Both the position numbers and the translations under genes were made by a program. This document shows positions 38,475-47,910 of a stretch of 64,000 nt of DNA, in pieces. The notes below the pieces were generated by a model. That model was not told where the DNA came from, searched no databases, and saw only the letters and a program-made list of their open reading frames with translations. The DNA comes from an uncultured bacterium. Its GTDB lineage: Bacteria > SAR324 > NAC60-12. The DNA lies in the NCBI GenBank assembly GCA_965662235.1, contig CBFIGY010000004.1, positions 1 through 64,000 on the forward strand. Reading direction: 5' to 3'. Within the stretch, counting starts at the first letter, position 1; the number at the start of each line of letters is the position of its first letter.

Positions 38475-39938
38475 ATGCTGCGTTTTTCCCCTTCCCGGAC
38501 CCTGCTGGCGCTGGCGTTGAGCCTCCTGCTGGGGCTGGGAGGCTGCCTAGGAGTGTACTCGCCCGAGCAACTGGAGCCCCGACACGAGCATGTCCCTTCC
38601 AGCCTGCTGGCCGAAGTCCTCATGCACCTGGAAGCCGACTACTATCGCTGGCCCAAGCTTCAGCCGGAGCGGCTGCTGAAGGGCGCTGTGGAGCAGGTAC
38701 AGGAGGAGCTTCCGGAACTGAAGTGGACGCTGCGTGCAGAAGGGAACACCCAAACGCTGGAGAGCAGCACCGAAGACTTTCGCCTCAAAACCGGACGCCT
38801 GCGCTCGCTGGAAGACCTGAATGACTTTCTGCAGGAGGTGGTGGGCCGCTATCAGCAGACTCAGACCGAAACGGAGTCACTGGAGCTGGCCTTGGCAACA
38901 GGTCTGGCGTCGGCGCTGGATCCACACACAGTGGTGTTTGCCTCCACAGAGTTTGAGGCCTTCCGGAACAGCGTCATTGGGCGGTATGCCGGAGTGGGCA
39001 TTCTGGTCCGAGAACAGGACGGTGAGCTGCTTGTGGTGGACATCTTTCCGGGCTCTCCGGCGGAAAAAGCAGGGGTTCAGGCAGAGGACCGCATCCTCCG
39101 AGTGGACGGCGAGGCGGTGACTGCCGAAAGCGTAGGACGGATCTTAGAGGAACTGAAGGGCGAACCCGGAACGGTGCTGACCCTGACCCTGGAACGGACG
39201 GGCCTGGAGAAGGCACTGGTCCTGCAACTCCGGCGCGAGCTGGTGCAGGCGGACAGCCTCCAGATGAGCACGCTGGAGACTCCGGCAGGCGCGGTTCAGT
39301 TTGCCCACCTGGACACCTTTCAGCAAGGATCAGCACAGGAACTGGTGCGCAAGCTGGGAGACCTCAAAGGCAGCCAGGCCGTGATCCTGGACCTGCGGGA
39401 CAATCCCGGAGGACTGTTGGAAACGGCGGTGGAGATCAGTGACCTCTTTCTGCCTCCGGACCGGCTCATTGTTGAAGCGACCACGACCATTTCATCGCAG
39501 CAGCACCGTTCGCGGAACCTCTTCCTTCCGGAACGCTGGAACACCGTTCCGGTCGTGGTCCTAGTCAACCGCAACAGCGCCTCTGCTTCTGAAATCCTGG
39601 CCTCTGCGCTCCAGCAGCACCTTCGGGCGCTGGTGCTGGGCGAGAAGACCTATGGCAAGGGCACCATTCAGTCCGCCTGGGCAACGGAGTCCGGAGCCGG
39701 CGTCAAGGTCACCATAGGGGAGTACCGGCTTCCTGACGGAACCTCGCTTCACGAAAAAGGACTGCTTCCGGATGTGACGGTTGAGGAAAATCGAGATCCT
39801 GAGGCTGAGGCTCCTCCGCTTCAAGACCAACCTAGCGTGCAGCAGGCCCTCATCCTCTTGGATGCCTTCGCCCAGCAACCTGAGCCCTGGCCTGCTTTTG
39901 TGAAGAGCCGCTCTCGGTTCCAGAAAACGGAGCTCTGA
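38475..39938 (+). CDS. Carboxyl-terminal processing protease (S41A, PDZ), probable lipoprotein
   Basis: LDPHT, YAGVGI, GSPAEKAG (PDZ), LDLRDNPGGLL, SASASEI, TYGKGTIQ; LGGC lipobox-like motif. Confidence 0.9.
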   Translation: MLRFSPSRTLLALALSLLLGLGGCLGVYSPEQLEPRHEHVPSSLLAEVLMHLEADYYRWPKLQPERLLKGAVEQVQEELPELKWTLRAEGNTQTLESSTEDFRLKTGRLRSLEDLNDFLQEVVGRYQQTQTETESLELALATGLASALDPHTVVFASTEFEAFRNSVIGRYAGVGILVREQDGELLVVDIFPGSPAEKAGVQAEDRILRVDGEAVTAESVGRILEELKGEPGTVLTLTLERTGLEKALVLQLRRELVQADSLQMSTLETPAGAVQFAHLDTFQQGSAQELVRKLGDLKGSQAVILDLRDNPGGLLETAVEISDLFLPPDRLIVEATTTISSQQHRSRNLFLPERWNTVPVVVLVNRNSASASEILASALQQHLRALVLGEKTYGKGTIQSAWATESGAGVKVTIGEYRLPDGTSLHEKGLLPDVTVEENRDPEAEAPPLQDQPSVQQALILLDAFAQQPEPWPAFVKSRSRFQKTEL

Positions 39939-40041
39939 AGACGGCTTTGGTCGGAACCGGGGCCTCGGTGACGATCTGTCTGGAGCGGGAAGGGGCTGGT
40001 TCAGGACAGGCGCCTGCACCCGTGATGCGGCAAGCGAGGAA

Positions 40042-40063
40042 AGGCTCGTGCAGAGACGAGCCT
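40042..40063. terminator. Hairpin between the convergent S41 protease and GH2 genes
   Basis: AGGCTCGT-gcagag-ACGAGCCT, a perfect 8-bp stem. Confidence 0.45.
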
Positions 40064-40083
40064 AGATGGGCGGGAAGCGTCGG

Positions 40084-41808
40084 TTAAGCTGCGGGAGGCG
40101 TTTGCCGGAAGAGGGCGGCAATCCGCTCGAGGTCGAACTTGGGCTGACGGTGGTAGGTGTAGAGGCCGTTGCACTCCTGCTCCACATCTGTCAGCTGGGT
40201 GTAGCAGTACCCGACCACATGAGGTTGCTCAAGGAGCACCCGAATCAAGCCTTCCAACCGCTCATAGAATTCGGCAAGCGTCTGAGGCGCTTCTCCGTAG
40301 CCCCAAGAGCCTTCCGGAATGCCCTCCGTTTTCCAGAAAATCCCCCCGAACTCATCCACTAGATAAGGCTGCCCTGCGTATTCCGGTTCCAGGTCCGGAT
40401 AGTTGCGGAAACGGGGTTCTTGCTCCAGAAGGGCCTGAACCGCTTCGGGCTGCTGCTGGTAGCAGTGAACCGTCCAGAGGTCAGTTTTGACGTGCACCCA
40501 GCCGCTGGCATCATTGATGGGACGGGTGGGGTCGAGCTGCCGGGTGAGGGCATAGGCCTCTTCCGTAAAGCGACGCTGCTCCGCACTTCCTCCTTGAAAC
40601 TGCGTCTCATTCAGCGGCGTCCAGGCCACAATCGAAGGGTGGTTCCGGACCTGTTCCACAATGCCACGCCACTCGCTGAGGAAGTTTCGGGCCGCCAGGG
40701 GGTCCGTTTCCTCCAGTCCCCAGCTGGGTGCTTCCGCCCATGTGAGGTAGCCCAAGCGATCGGCCCAGTAGTGGTAACGGTCTTCAAAGACCTTCTGGTG
40801 CAAACGAGCGCCGTGGAAGCCAGCGGCCTGCCCCAGTTCAATGTCCCGACGCAGGTCATCGTCGCTGGGGGCGGTCCAGAGTCCTTCCGGAAAGTAGCCC
40901 TGGTCGAGCACGAGGCGCAGGTAAAGGGGTTCGTTGTTGAGAAACACCTTCCCGTCCTGCCAGTGAATCTTTCGCAAACCAGCGTAACCGGTCACGGTTT
41001 CCAGAGGAGCGCCATCAGGTCCGTGGAGGATCATTTCCCAATCGTAGAGAAAGGGATCGTCCGGAGACCAGGACCGTGGTTCAGGAACGGTGAGCGAGAC
41101 CGGGAGTCCGGATTGCAGCGGCGCCTGAGTCTCGGCCAGTAGGCGTCCGTTGTCGAACAAGCGGTACTGCACTGTGGCGCCCTGAGGGGTTTCCCAGAAG
41201 CGGGGGATCCAGTGAAACTGGTTGGTGTCCCAATCCGGAAGGACCTGAACGGTTTCGAGGCCACAGGAAGCCACGGGCTCCAGCCAGACGGTTTGCCAGA
41301 TGCCGGTCACCCGTGTGTAGTAGCACCCATGCGAGTGCCACTTGAGGCTCTGTTTGCCGCAGGGCTGTTGACGGGTCCGGGGGTGATCCTCGACCTGCAC
41401 AACTAGGTGCTGAGGCGTGTTGAAGCGGACCTGTGGGGTGAGGTCCACGGTGAAGCCCACGCTGCCGCCCCAGTGCTCCGCCACCCGTTCGCCATCAAGG
41501 TAGACCACGCAACGGTAGTCCACTCCGCCGAAGTTGAGGTGAATGCGGGAGCCTTCCCAGGACTCGGGAACCTCCAGCGTTCGGTGGTACCACAGCGACG
41601 GAATGAAGTCGGTGTAGCCCACTCCGGAGAGGGGGCTTTCAGGGCAGAACGGAACCTGAATTGTCCGGTCGAACCCATGCGACTGGGCCCACCCCTGTTC
41701 AGATCCGGATCCGGCAAAGTCAAAGGCAAAGGTCCACTCGCCATTCAGGCAGAGCCAGCGGGAGCGACGCAGTTGGGGACGTGGGTATTCAGGGCGAGGA
41801 AGGGACAT
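40084..41808 (-). CDS. Glycoside hydrolase family 2 (beta-galactosidase/glucuronidase-like)
   Basis: PRPEYPRPQ, LNGEW.F, VPFCPES.LSG, TGIWQTVWLE, LDQGY, RLHQK, NHPSIVAW..LNE (acid/base), DEFGG (nucleophile), YTQLTDVEQE.NG. Confidence 0.92.
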   Translation of the reverse strand: MSLPRPEYPRPQLRRSRWLCLNGEWTFAFDFAGSGSEQGWAQSHGFDRTIQVPFCPESPLSGVGYTDFIPSLWYHRTLEVPESWEGSRIHLNFGGVDYRCVVYLDGERVAEHWGGSVGFTVDLTPQVRFNTPQHLVVQVEDHPRTRQQPCGKQSLKWHSHGCYYTRVTGIWQTVWLEPVASCGLETVQVLPDWDTNQFHWIPRFWETPQGATVQYRLFDNGRLLAETQAPLQSGLPVSLTVPEPRSWSPDDPFLYDWEMILHGPDGAPLETVTGYAGLRKIHWQDGKVFLNNEPLYLRLVLDQGYFPEGLWTAPSDDDLRRDIELGQAAGFHGARLHQKVFEDRYHYWADRLGYLTWAEAPSWGLEETDPLAARNFLSEWRGIVEQVRNHPSIVAWTPLNETQFQGGSAEQRRFTEEAYALTRQLDPTRPINDASGWVHVKTDLWTVHCYQQQPEAVQALLEQEPRFRNYPDLEPEYAGQPYLVDEFGGIFWKTEGIPEGSWGYGEAPQTLAEFYERLEGLIRVLLEQPHVVGYCYTQLTDVEQECNGLYTYHRQPKFDLERIAALFRQTPPAA

Positions 41809-41864
41809 AAGGCCAAGGAAGCAGAAGGAGGTCCTGGCCCCGTGAGGAGCCAGGAGAGACAGGG

Positions 41865-43160
41865 TTAGCGGAGGAGGCGCTGCACTTCCGCTTCAGCATC
41901 GGCGAGGGCGCTGTCGACGGACTTGCCGGTGAGCCAGATGGCCTGCAGCTCGCGGTTGAGGACGTCCTGAATGGCGCCGTACTTGCGGGCGGGCGGGACG
42001 TCACGAGCCAGCTGACCGGTGTGGGCGTACTCGCTGCGGTGCGGCAGCTGAGCGTATTCCGGGCTCTGCAGAACCGACTTGCGGACCGCCATGTGTCCCG
42101 TCCGGGCCCAGTCGATGTTGTGGGCGTTGATCCAGCCCATCAGCTCCAGGGACGCCTGGAACTTGTCGGCATCCTGGCTCTTCAGAGACGCAGGAATGGC
42201 CCACATGTGCGAATCGGCCCAGGTGGCACCGGTGCTGAAGAGGGTGGGGAAGTCGGCAACGTAGTAGTTCCCCAGGGCGACTTCCGGCTTGGCAGCTTCT
42301 GCTGTGTAGAAGTCCACAACCCAGGTGCCGTTGACGAGCACAGCGGCGTCCCCGTTGAGGAAGGACTGCTGCGAGTCCGCATAGTTGAGCTTGGGGTTGG
42401 CGTAGCTTTGATCAAACAGTGCGGTGATGGCCTTGATGGCCTTCTGGGCTTCCGGCGTGTTGATCGTGGCCTGCTTGCCGTCGAAGACGTTGCTGTTCTG
42501 CTGCCAGAGCAGCGCCAGCACCAAGCGGACCCCAATGGGGAATTCGGCAAAGTCGGCGGCCAGGTAGTTCTTCCCGGTGGCAGCCTTCACCTTCTGAGCA
42601 TGCTCCAGCATCTCCTGAGGGCTGGAAGGCAGCATGGGGGTGCCGTCCGGATGAATCAGACCCGCTTTTTTGAAGAGGTCCATGTTGATGTGCCAGAGGT
42701 TCGCATGGAAGTCCAGGGGCACTCCATAGATCTGGTTGTTGTAGCTGACCGCCTCGCGTGCTGAGTCGGACCAGTCGTTGACGTCAATGCCCACGGACTT
42801 CAGCTCTGCAGGCGTGAGGGCCGCAATGGCGCCCAGGCCGGCAAATTCCGGAATGCGGTGCCGGTGCATGACGTGGATGTCCGGTGGGTTGCCGCCGGCA
42901 TAGCTGGCCTTGATCTGATCGTAGTAGTTCCCCCAGTCCGTGGGCAGCGTATTCACGGAGATGTTGGACTTTTCTGCGTCAAAGGCGTTGATGATCGTTT
43001 GGATGATGCAGGCCTCTCCTACCGCTTCCGAAATGTTGGTGCCGGCACCTTCACAGGCGCCAAAGAAGCGACCCAGCGTGATTTCGGTTTGAGCGGAGGC
43101 AGAGGACAGAGGGGCCAGACCGAGCAGGCAGACGGCACCCCAGCGAAGCAGGTTTTTCAT
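41865..43160 (-). CDS. Carbohydrate ABC transporter substrate-binding protein
   Basis: Signal peptide, GNPPDI, IYGVPLD, F.NGDAA...NGTW; lies in a sugar ABC cluster. Confidence 0.9.
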   Translation of the reverse strand: MKNLLRWGAVCLLGLAPLSSASAQTEITLGRFFGACEGAGTNISEAVGEACIIQTIINAFDAEKSNISVNTLPTDWGNYYDQIKASYAGGNPPDIHVMHRHRIPEFAGLGAIAALTPAELKSVGIDVNDWSDSAREAVSYNNQIYGVPLDFHANLWHINMDLFKKAGLIHPDGTPMLPSSPQEMLEHAQKVKAATGKNYLAADFAEFPIGVRLVLALLWQQNSNVFDGKQATINTPEAQKAIKAITALFDQSYANPKLNYADSQQSFLNGDAAVLVNGTWVVDFYTAEAAKPEVALGNYYVADFPTLFSTGATWADSHMWAIPASLKSQDADKFQASLELMGWINAHNIDWARTGHMAVRKSVLQSPEYAQLPHRSEYAHTGQLARDVPPARKYGAIQDVLNRELQAIWLTGKSVDSALADAEAEVQRLLR

Positions 43161-43242
43161 AGTTCACTCCCGTAGTGAAGTTTCATGAAGAGGGGGAAGG
43201 AAGCTCCTGGGCGGGAAAACCGCAGGACGTACACAATCGGCA

Positions 43243-44082
43243 TCATTTGCTTCCTCCCAAGGCAATGCCGCGCACGATGAAGCGTTGAAAGGCAATGAAC
43301 AGAACAATGACGGGCAGGCTGGCAAAGACCCCGGACGCCATGATGCGTCCCAGTCCTTCCGACTGCGCAAAGTTGCTCTGCAGGCTCGCGAGTCCGAGCG
43401 TAATGGTAAACATCTCCTTGCGCTGAGCAGAAACCAGCGGCCAGAGGTAATCGTTCCAGGCGTAAAGAAAGGTCAGGATGGCAAGCGTGGTCAACGCCGG
43501 CCACGAGAGCGGAAGCATGATGCGGGTGAAGATGGTCCACCGGTTGGCTCCGTCCAGCTGCGCGGCCTCTTCCACCTCATCCGGAATCCCCCGGAAGAAC
43601 TGAGTCATGAGGAACACCCCAATTGGCACAGCGAGGCGGGGGGTGATCAGGGCAAAGTAGGTGTTGTGCAGCTTCCAGTCGGCAAACTGCGTGTAGAGCG
43701 GAATGAAAACCGCCTGCTCCGGAATCACCAACCCGGCGACAATCAACGCATACACCGCTGCCCGTCCCTTGAAGGGAATCCGGGCGAGGGCGTATCCCGC
43801 CGTGGAGGAGAGGATCAACACCAGCACGGTCATGCTGCCGGCAACAATGAAGCTGTTGAGGAACCAGCGGGGCGTGAGCCCGTAGCTCAGCAGGCGGACG
43901 TAGTTCTCTCCGGTAAAGGGCACCGGAATCAGGCCAAAGGCAAAGTTGGACGTGGTACGAGCCAGGAGGTCGTTTGGTTGAAACGACAGCGACAGCATCC
44001 ACAGCGTGGGCACCAGCCAGAGGAACGCCAGGGCGCCGAGGAAGGAGCTGAGCAGCAGATAATGGCGACGGGCGTGGCTCAT
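43243..44082 (-). CDS. Carbohydrate ABC transporter permease (MalG-type)
   Basis: FLNSFIVA, AGYALAR, EEAAQLDGA (EAA loop), WNDYLWPL. Confidence 0.93.
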   Translation of the reverse strand: MSHARRHYLLLSSFLGALAFLWLVPTLWMLSLSFQPNDLLARTTSNFAFGLIPVPFTGENYVRLLSYGLTPRWFLNSFIVAGSMTVLVLILSSTAGYALARIPFKGRAAVYALIVAGLVIPEQAVFIPLYTQFADWKLHNTYFALITPRLAVPIGVFLMTQFFRGIPDEVEEAAQLDGANRWTIFTRIMLPLSWPALTTLAILTFLYAWNDYLWPLVSAQRKEMFTITLGLASLQSNFAQSEGLGRIMASGVFASLPVIVLFIAFQRFIVRGIALGGSK

Positions 44083-45020
44083 CAGTCCTCCTTGTTCAGG
44101 CGCAGTTGCAGCACGGAAAACCCGAGCATCAGGAGGAACAGAACCATGGCCAGCGCTGAAGCGTAGCCCAGTTCAGAGTCCCGGAAGGCTGTTTGGTAGA
44201 TGTAGCGGACCAGCACCTGAGTCTGATCGTTGGGGCCCCCGCGGGTGATCAGGTGCGACTGCCCAAAGACCTGGAAGTGGAGGATGATCTCAAAGATCAC
44301 GACCAAGGTGGTGGTCCGTCGGATGCCCGGAAGCGTGATGTGCCAGAGCAGCCTCCAACGGCTCGCACCGTCCAGACGCGCCGCTTCGTAGCGTTCCTGA
44401 GGAATCTCCTGCAGTCCCGCCAGAAAGAGGATCATTGCAAACCCAATGGACCACCAGACCGTCACCAGGACCAGCGACAGCATGGCGCGATCCGGAGACG
44501 TGACCCAGTCCAGCGGTTCTGCCCCAAAGGCCTCAAAAACCTGACCAATCAGGCCCTGCTGTGGGCTGTAGAGCAACTGCCAGATCAAGGTCACCACCGT
44601 GACCGAAAGGACCTGAGAGAGAAAGAACAGCGTCCGCAGCACGCTCATCATCCGGGTCTCCCGGTTGAGTGCCACCGCAATCAGCAGCCCAACGATCGTG
44701 ATGGTCGGAACCGTTAGGAAGACAAACTCAAGGGTGTTGAGGACGATTTCCCCAAAGCGCCGGTCGTAGGTGAAGAGGTCGGTGTAGTTGGCAAAGCCCA
44801 GCCAGGTCTTCGCGTCTGGATTGAACGCCACCTCCAGCAGGTTCCAGGAGTGGAAGCTGATCCAGATTCCCTTCAAGAACGGATAGAGCAGGAACACCCC
44901 ATAAACCACCAGAAACGGCAGCACGAAGGCATAGCCCTCCACGGTGTCCCGGTGCCGGGTCCAGAAACGGGAAGGTGTGGAAGAGGGGGCCATGGAGCGC
45001 TGAGAATCGACGTTTTTCAA
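44082..45020 (-). CDS. Carbohydrate ABC transporter permease (MalF-type)
   Basis: GFANY, LAGLQEIP..RYEAARLDGA, ITLP, GGP, GYASA. Start is either TTG 45020 or ATG 44993. Confidence 0.93.
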   Translation of the reverse strand: MKNVDSQRSMAPSSTPSRFWTRHRDTVEGYAFVLPFLVVYGVFLLYPFLKGIWISFHSWNLLEVAFNPDAKTWLGFANYTDLFTYDRRFGEIVLNTLEFVFLTVPTITIVGLLIAVALNRETRMMSVLRTLFFLSQVLSVTVVTLIWQLLYSPQQGLIGQVFEAFGAEPLDWVTSPDRAMLSLVLVTVWWSIGFAMILFLAGLQEIPQERYEAARLDGASRWRLLWHITLPGIRRTTTLVVIFEIILHFQVFGQSHLITRGGPNDQTQVLVRYIYQTAFRDSELGYASALAMVLFLLMLGFSVLQLRLNKED

Positions 45021-45021
45021 T

Positions 45022-45044
45022 TATTTGCTAATTATTAGCAAATA
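45022..45044. promoter_or_regulatory. Palindromic operator candidate for the divergent LacI-family regulator
   Basis: TATTTGCTAAT-t-ATTAGCAAATA (perfect 11-bp arms) in the AT-rich divergent intergenic region; a further half-site copy TATTAGTAAATA at 45043-45054. Confidence 0.65.
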
Positions 45045-45110
45045 TTAGTAAATAGTTATTACTTGAGTCTGATTTGAGATTCAAGTAGAAATTTCACTTC
45101 AATCACTTTC

Positions 45111-46130
45111 ATGAGGCAAAAAACAGGAATGACTGAAGAGAAGCGCCGATTAACGATGCAGGACGTGGCACACGAAGCGGGGGTCTCCCAGTCCACGGTC
45201 TCCTTTGTTCTGAACGGAGTGGAGGGGGTCCGGATTGCTGAAGCGACTCGGCAGCGGGTGCTGGAGGTGGCCGACCGGATGGGATACGCCCGACGGGCCG
45301 GAGGTCCGCATCAGAAGGGCCAGCGTCACTCGTGGATTGGGATGCTGGTCGATGAGATCATGACGAGTCCGTTCACAGCGCTTTCCATTGAAGGCGCGCA
45401 GGAGGCCGCGTGGGAGCATGGACGCCTGCTGGTTTCGGCCAAGACCGGAGGCGACGCCGACCGCGAGGAGGCCACGCTGGAACACTGGAAGGCCATGCAG
45501 GTGGAAGGCGTGATCTACGCCTCCATCCTCACACGGCAGGTGACGCTGCCTCCTGCGCTGGAAGGCTTGCCAACGGTGCTGCTGAACTGTTATGAGGAGC
45601 CCCAGCGTTTTCCGGCAGTGGTGCCTTCTGAGGTGATGGGAGGATTTGCGGCGACTGAGGCGCTGATCCAGGCGGGGCACCGGCGGATTGCCTTCATCAA
45701 TGGGGAACCCTGGATGGAAGCCGCCCGAGACCGCTGTTCCGGATACCGGCAGGCGCTGGCGACTTACGACATTCCCTACCAGCCGGACTTCTCGCGCAAC
45801 GGAAACTTTCTCCCCAGCGGAGGATACGAGGCCACGCGTCAGCTCCTCTCGCTCAAGGTGCGGCCGACGGCGATCTTCTGTGCCAACGACCTGATGGCGC
45901 TGGGGTGCTACGAGGCACTGAAGGAAGCAGGGTTGCAGATTCCGCAGGAGGTGGCGGTCATGGGGTACGATGATCAGGAGGTGGCCCAGCACCTGGCTCC
46001 GGCACTCTCCACAGTGCTGCTGCCGCATCTGGAGATGGGACGCTGGGCAGTGGAACAGCTGATGCTCGGCGCCCGGACCCCCAGCAAGATCAAACTGGAG
46101 TGCCCAGTGGTGATGCGGCATTCCATCTGA
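45111..46130 (+). CDS. LacI-family transcriptional regulator
   Basis: TMQDVAHEAGVSQSTVSFVLN HTH, GHRRIAFI, PTAIFCANDLMA, V.GYDD, LSTV. Start 45111 or 45129. Confidence 0.93.
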   Translation: MRQKTGMTEEKRRLTMQDVAHEAGVSQSTVSFVLNGVEGVRIAEATRQRVLEVADRMGYARRAGGPHQKGQRHSWIGMLVDEIMTSPFTALSIEGAQEAAWEHGRLLVSAKTGGDADREEATLEHWKAMQVEGVIYASILTRQVTLPPALEGLPTVLLNCYEEPQRFPAVVPSEVMGGFAATEALIQAGHRRIAFINGEPWMEAARDRCSGYRQALATYDIPYQPDFSRNGNFLPSGGYEATRQLLSLKVRPTAIFCANDLMALGCYEALKEAGLQIPQEVAVMGYDDQEVAQHLAPALSTVLLPHLEMGRWAVEQLMLGARTPSKIKLECPVVMRHSI

Positions 46131-46295
46131 ACGGAGCCGGTCGCGAAACTCGTTGCCGTTGAAACGAAACTTTACTTGTACTTGCTGCAGAGTCCGGACA
46201 GACTGCAAGGAGTCTGAGGTTCTTGCCTGTCGAGCAGCGTTCGCCCAAAGGATGCGAGCGGTGCGACTCCTTCAACATCTCATGAGACAAGTGCC

Positions 46296-46553
46296 ATGCA
46301 GTTCATTGAATTAGAGGAAATCTGGGAGGTCAATCCGGCAGAGGTCATGGCCAAGCGTCCCAACCGCAACGCCACTGAGCACCAGGTGTGGGCCGTGTAC
46401 TGCGCAAAAGGTGCCCGTGACCACTGTACGGACGTGAAGGCGTCCATGCCGTTTCTGTTGGAAGAAACCGGGCTGGACGAGGAGACGATCCGGGAGGTCC
46501 TGCAGGTCTGGGCGAACCTCGGCGCCGCCTTCCGTAAGGGCAAGCTCCCATGA
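46296..46553 (+). CDS. Small hypothetical protein, possible winged helix
   Basis: 85-aa ORF with host-like codon usage and an ATGA overlap with the next gene; HTH-like LLEETGLDEETIREVL. Confidence 0.6.
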   Translation: MQFIELEEIWEVNPAEVMAKRPNRNATEHQVWAVYCAKGARDHCTDVKASMPFLLEETGLDEETIREVLQVWANLGAAFRKGKLP

Positions 46554-47107
46554 GCGAAACAGCGATCTGGACGCTGGGGGACCGGCATCCGGAACTGCAT
46601 GAGTCGGTCTTTGTGGCCCCCGGCGCACACGTCATCGGGGGCGTCCGGATGGGCGCACAGTCGTCCGTCTGGTTCAACACCGTGCTACGGGGCGACACCG
46701 AGTGGATCACCATCGGAGAGGGAACGAATCTGCAGGACCTCTCAATGGGGCATGCGGATCCGGGAACCCCTCTGATTCTCGGAGACCGGGTCACGGTGGG
46801 GCACCGATGCATCATGCACGGTTGTGTGGTGGAAGACGATTGCCTGATTGGAATGGGAGCGGTTGTCATGAATGGCGCCCGGATTGGGCGTGGCAGCATT
46901 GTGGGGGCAGGCGCCGTGGTGCTGGAAAACACCGTCATCCCGCCGTTTTCCTTGGTTGTCGGATCGCCTGGACAGGTCCGCAAGACCTATGACGAACGCA
47001 TTCTTGAGCGCAACCGGCTGGTCGCTCAGGTTTACATCGACCGCGCTGCTGCCTATCCGGATCTGCTGCAGCCGGCTCCTGCCCCGTCCCTTCCTCAGCT
47101 GGCCTGA
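46550..47107 (+). CDS. Gamma carbonic anhydrase-family hexapeptide protein (YrdA/PaaY-like)
   Basis: SVWFNTVLRGD, NLQD...H, TVGH...HGC, LIGMGA, GSPG. Confidence 0.9.
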   Translation: MSETAIWTLGDRHPELHESVFVAPGAHVIGGVRMGAQSSVWFNTVLRGDTEWITIGEGTNLQDLSMGHADPGTPLILGDRVTVGHRCIMHGCVVEDDCLIGMGAVVMNGARIGRGSIVGAGAVVLENTVIPPFSLVVGSPGQVRKTYDERILERNRLVAQVYIDRAAAYPDLLQPAPAPSLPQLA

Positions 47108-47910
47108 GGCCACTCCCCTTCTGGTCCTTCGGCAGGCACCTGCCGACTCAGCACTTCCCGAATGAGGGCGCCTGTGGCATTGGGCTGATCCAACGGAAAG
47201 AGGTGCCCGGCGGCGATGGGAACCTGCTCAAAGTGAGGAAGCGTGTGCTGCCACCACCGCAGGTCCCGAGCCGTTAGGAGTGCTGGCGCCGTGGCATGAA
47301 TTAGGGTGCCTCGCAGTTCCCGGACGCCCTTGGGCAGACGCGCAGGAAGGGTCCGGAAGATCTGCACCTCCACTTCCCGGGGAATCGTCAGCGTGACCCC
47401 GGCGGCCTCTTCCCGGAGGCCGTGCTCCACGTAAAGCTGCAGCGCGCGCTCAGAGAAGTGCTTGAAGAGCCCCCGCCCCCGAAAGTAATCCAACGCCTCT
47501 TCCCGAGAAGCAAAGCGTTCCCGGCGGGTCCGGGACTTCCACGCCGGAGTGAAGCGGTCTCCGAGCCGGACCTTCTGCAGGCCGCTGTGCAGCTCCCGTT
47601 TCCAACGAGCCAGCAGGGGCGGATCAAGTGCAATCAGGGAGGTGAACAGGTCCGGACGCTTGGCTGCAGCCATCAGCGTGACCACCCCTCCCAAAGAGTG
47701 CCCGATGCCGATGAGGGGACGTTTCAGCGGCTCCAGCACCTCCAGCAACTCGTCAGCAAAGCGTTCCCAGCGAATTTCCTCCACCCGGTGCCCGTCTCCC
47801 ATGCACGGAAGCGCCTGCACCTCCCAGGGCGCGAGCGCGTCAAACAGCTCGGTGTAACACGGTCCCGGGAAACCGTTGGCATGGGCAAAGACGAGGAGGG
47901 GCGCAGTCAT
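47095..47910 (-). CDS. Alpha/beta hydrolase
   Basis: HANGF, nucleophile elbow GHSLGG, LDPP, GHLFP. Confidence 0.88.
   Translation of the reverse strand: MTAPLLVFAHANGFPGPCYTELFDALAPWEVQALPCMGDGHRVEEIRWERFADELLEVLEPLKRPLIGIGHSLGGVVTLMAAAKRPDLFTSLIALDPPLLARWKRELHSGLQKVRLGDRFTPAWKSRTRRERFASREEALDYFRGRGLFKHFSERALQLYVEHGLREEAAGVTLTIPREVEVQIFRTLPARLPKGVRELRGTLIHATAPALLTARDLRWWQHTLPHFEQVPIAAGHLFPLDQPNATGALIREVLSRQVPAEGPEGEWPQAS

Noticed and set aside
43157..43540. Extra ORFs between the sugar permease and the binding-protein gene
   Set aside because: They mostly overlap the permease in other frames and show no recognisable features.
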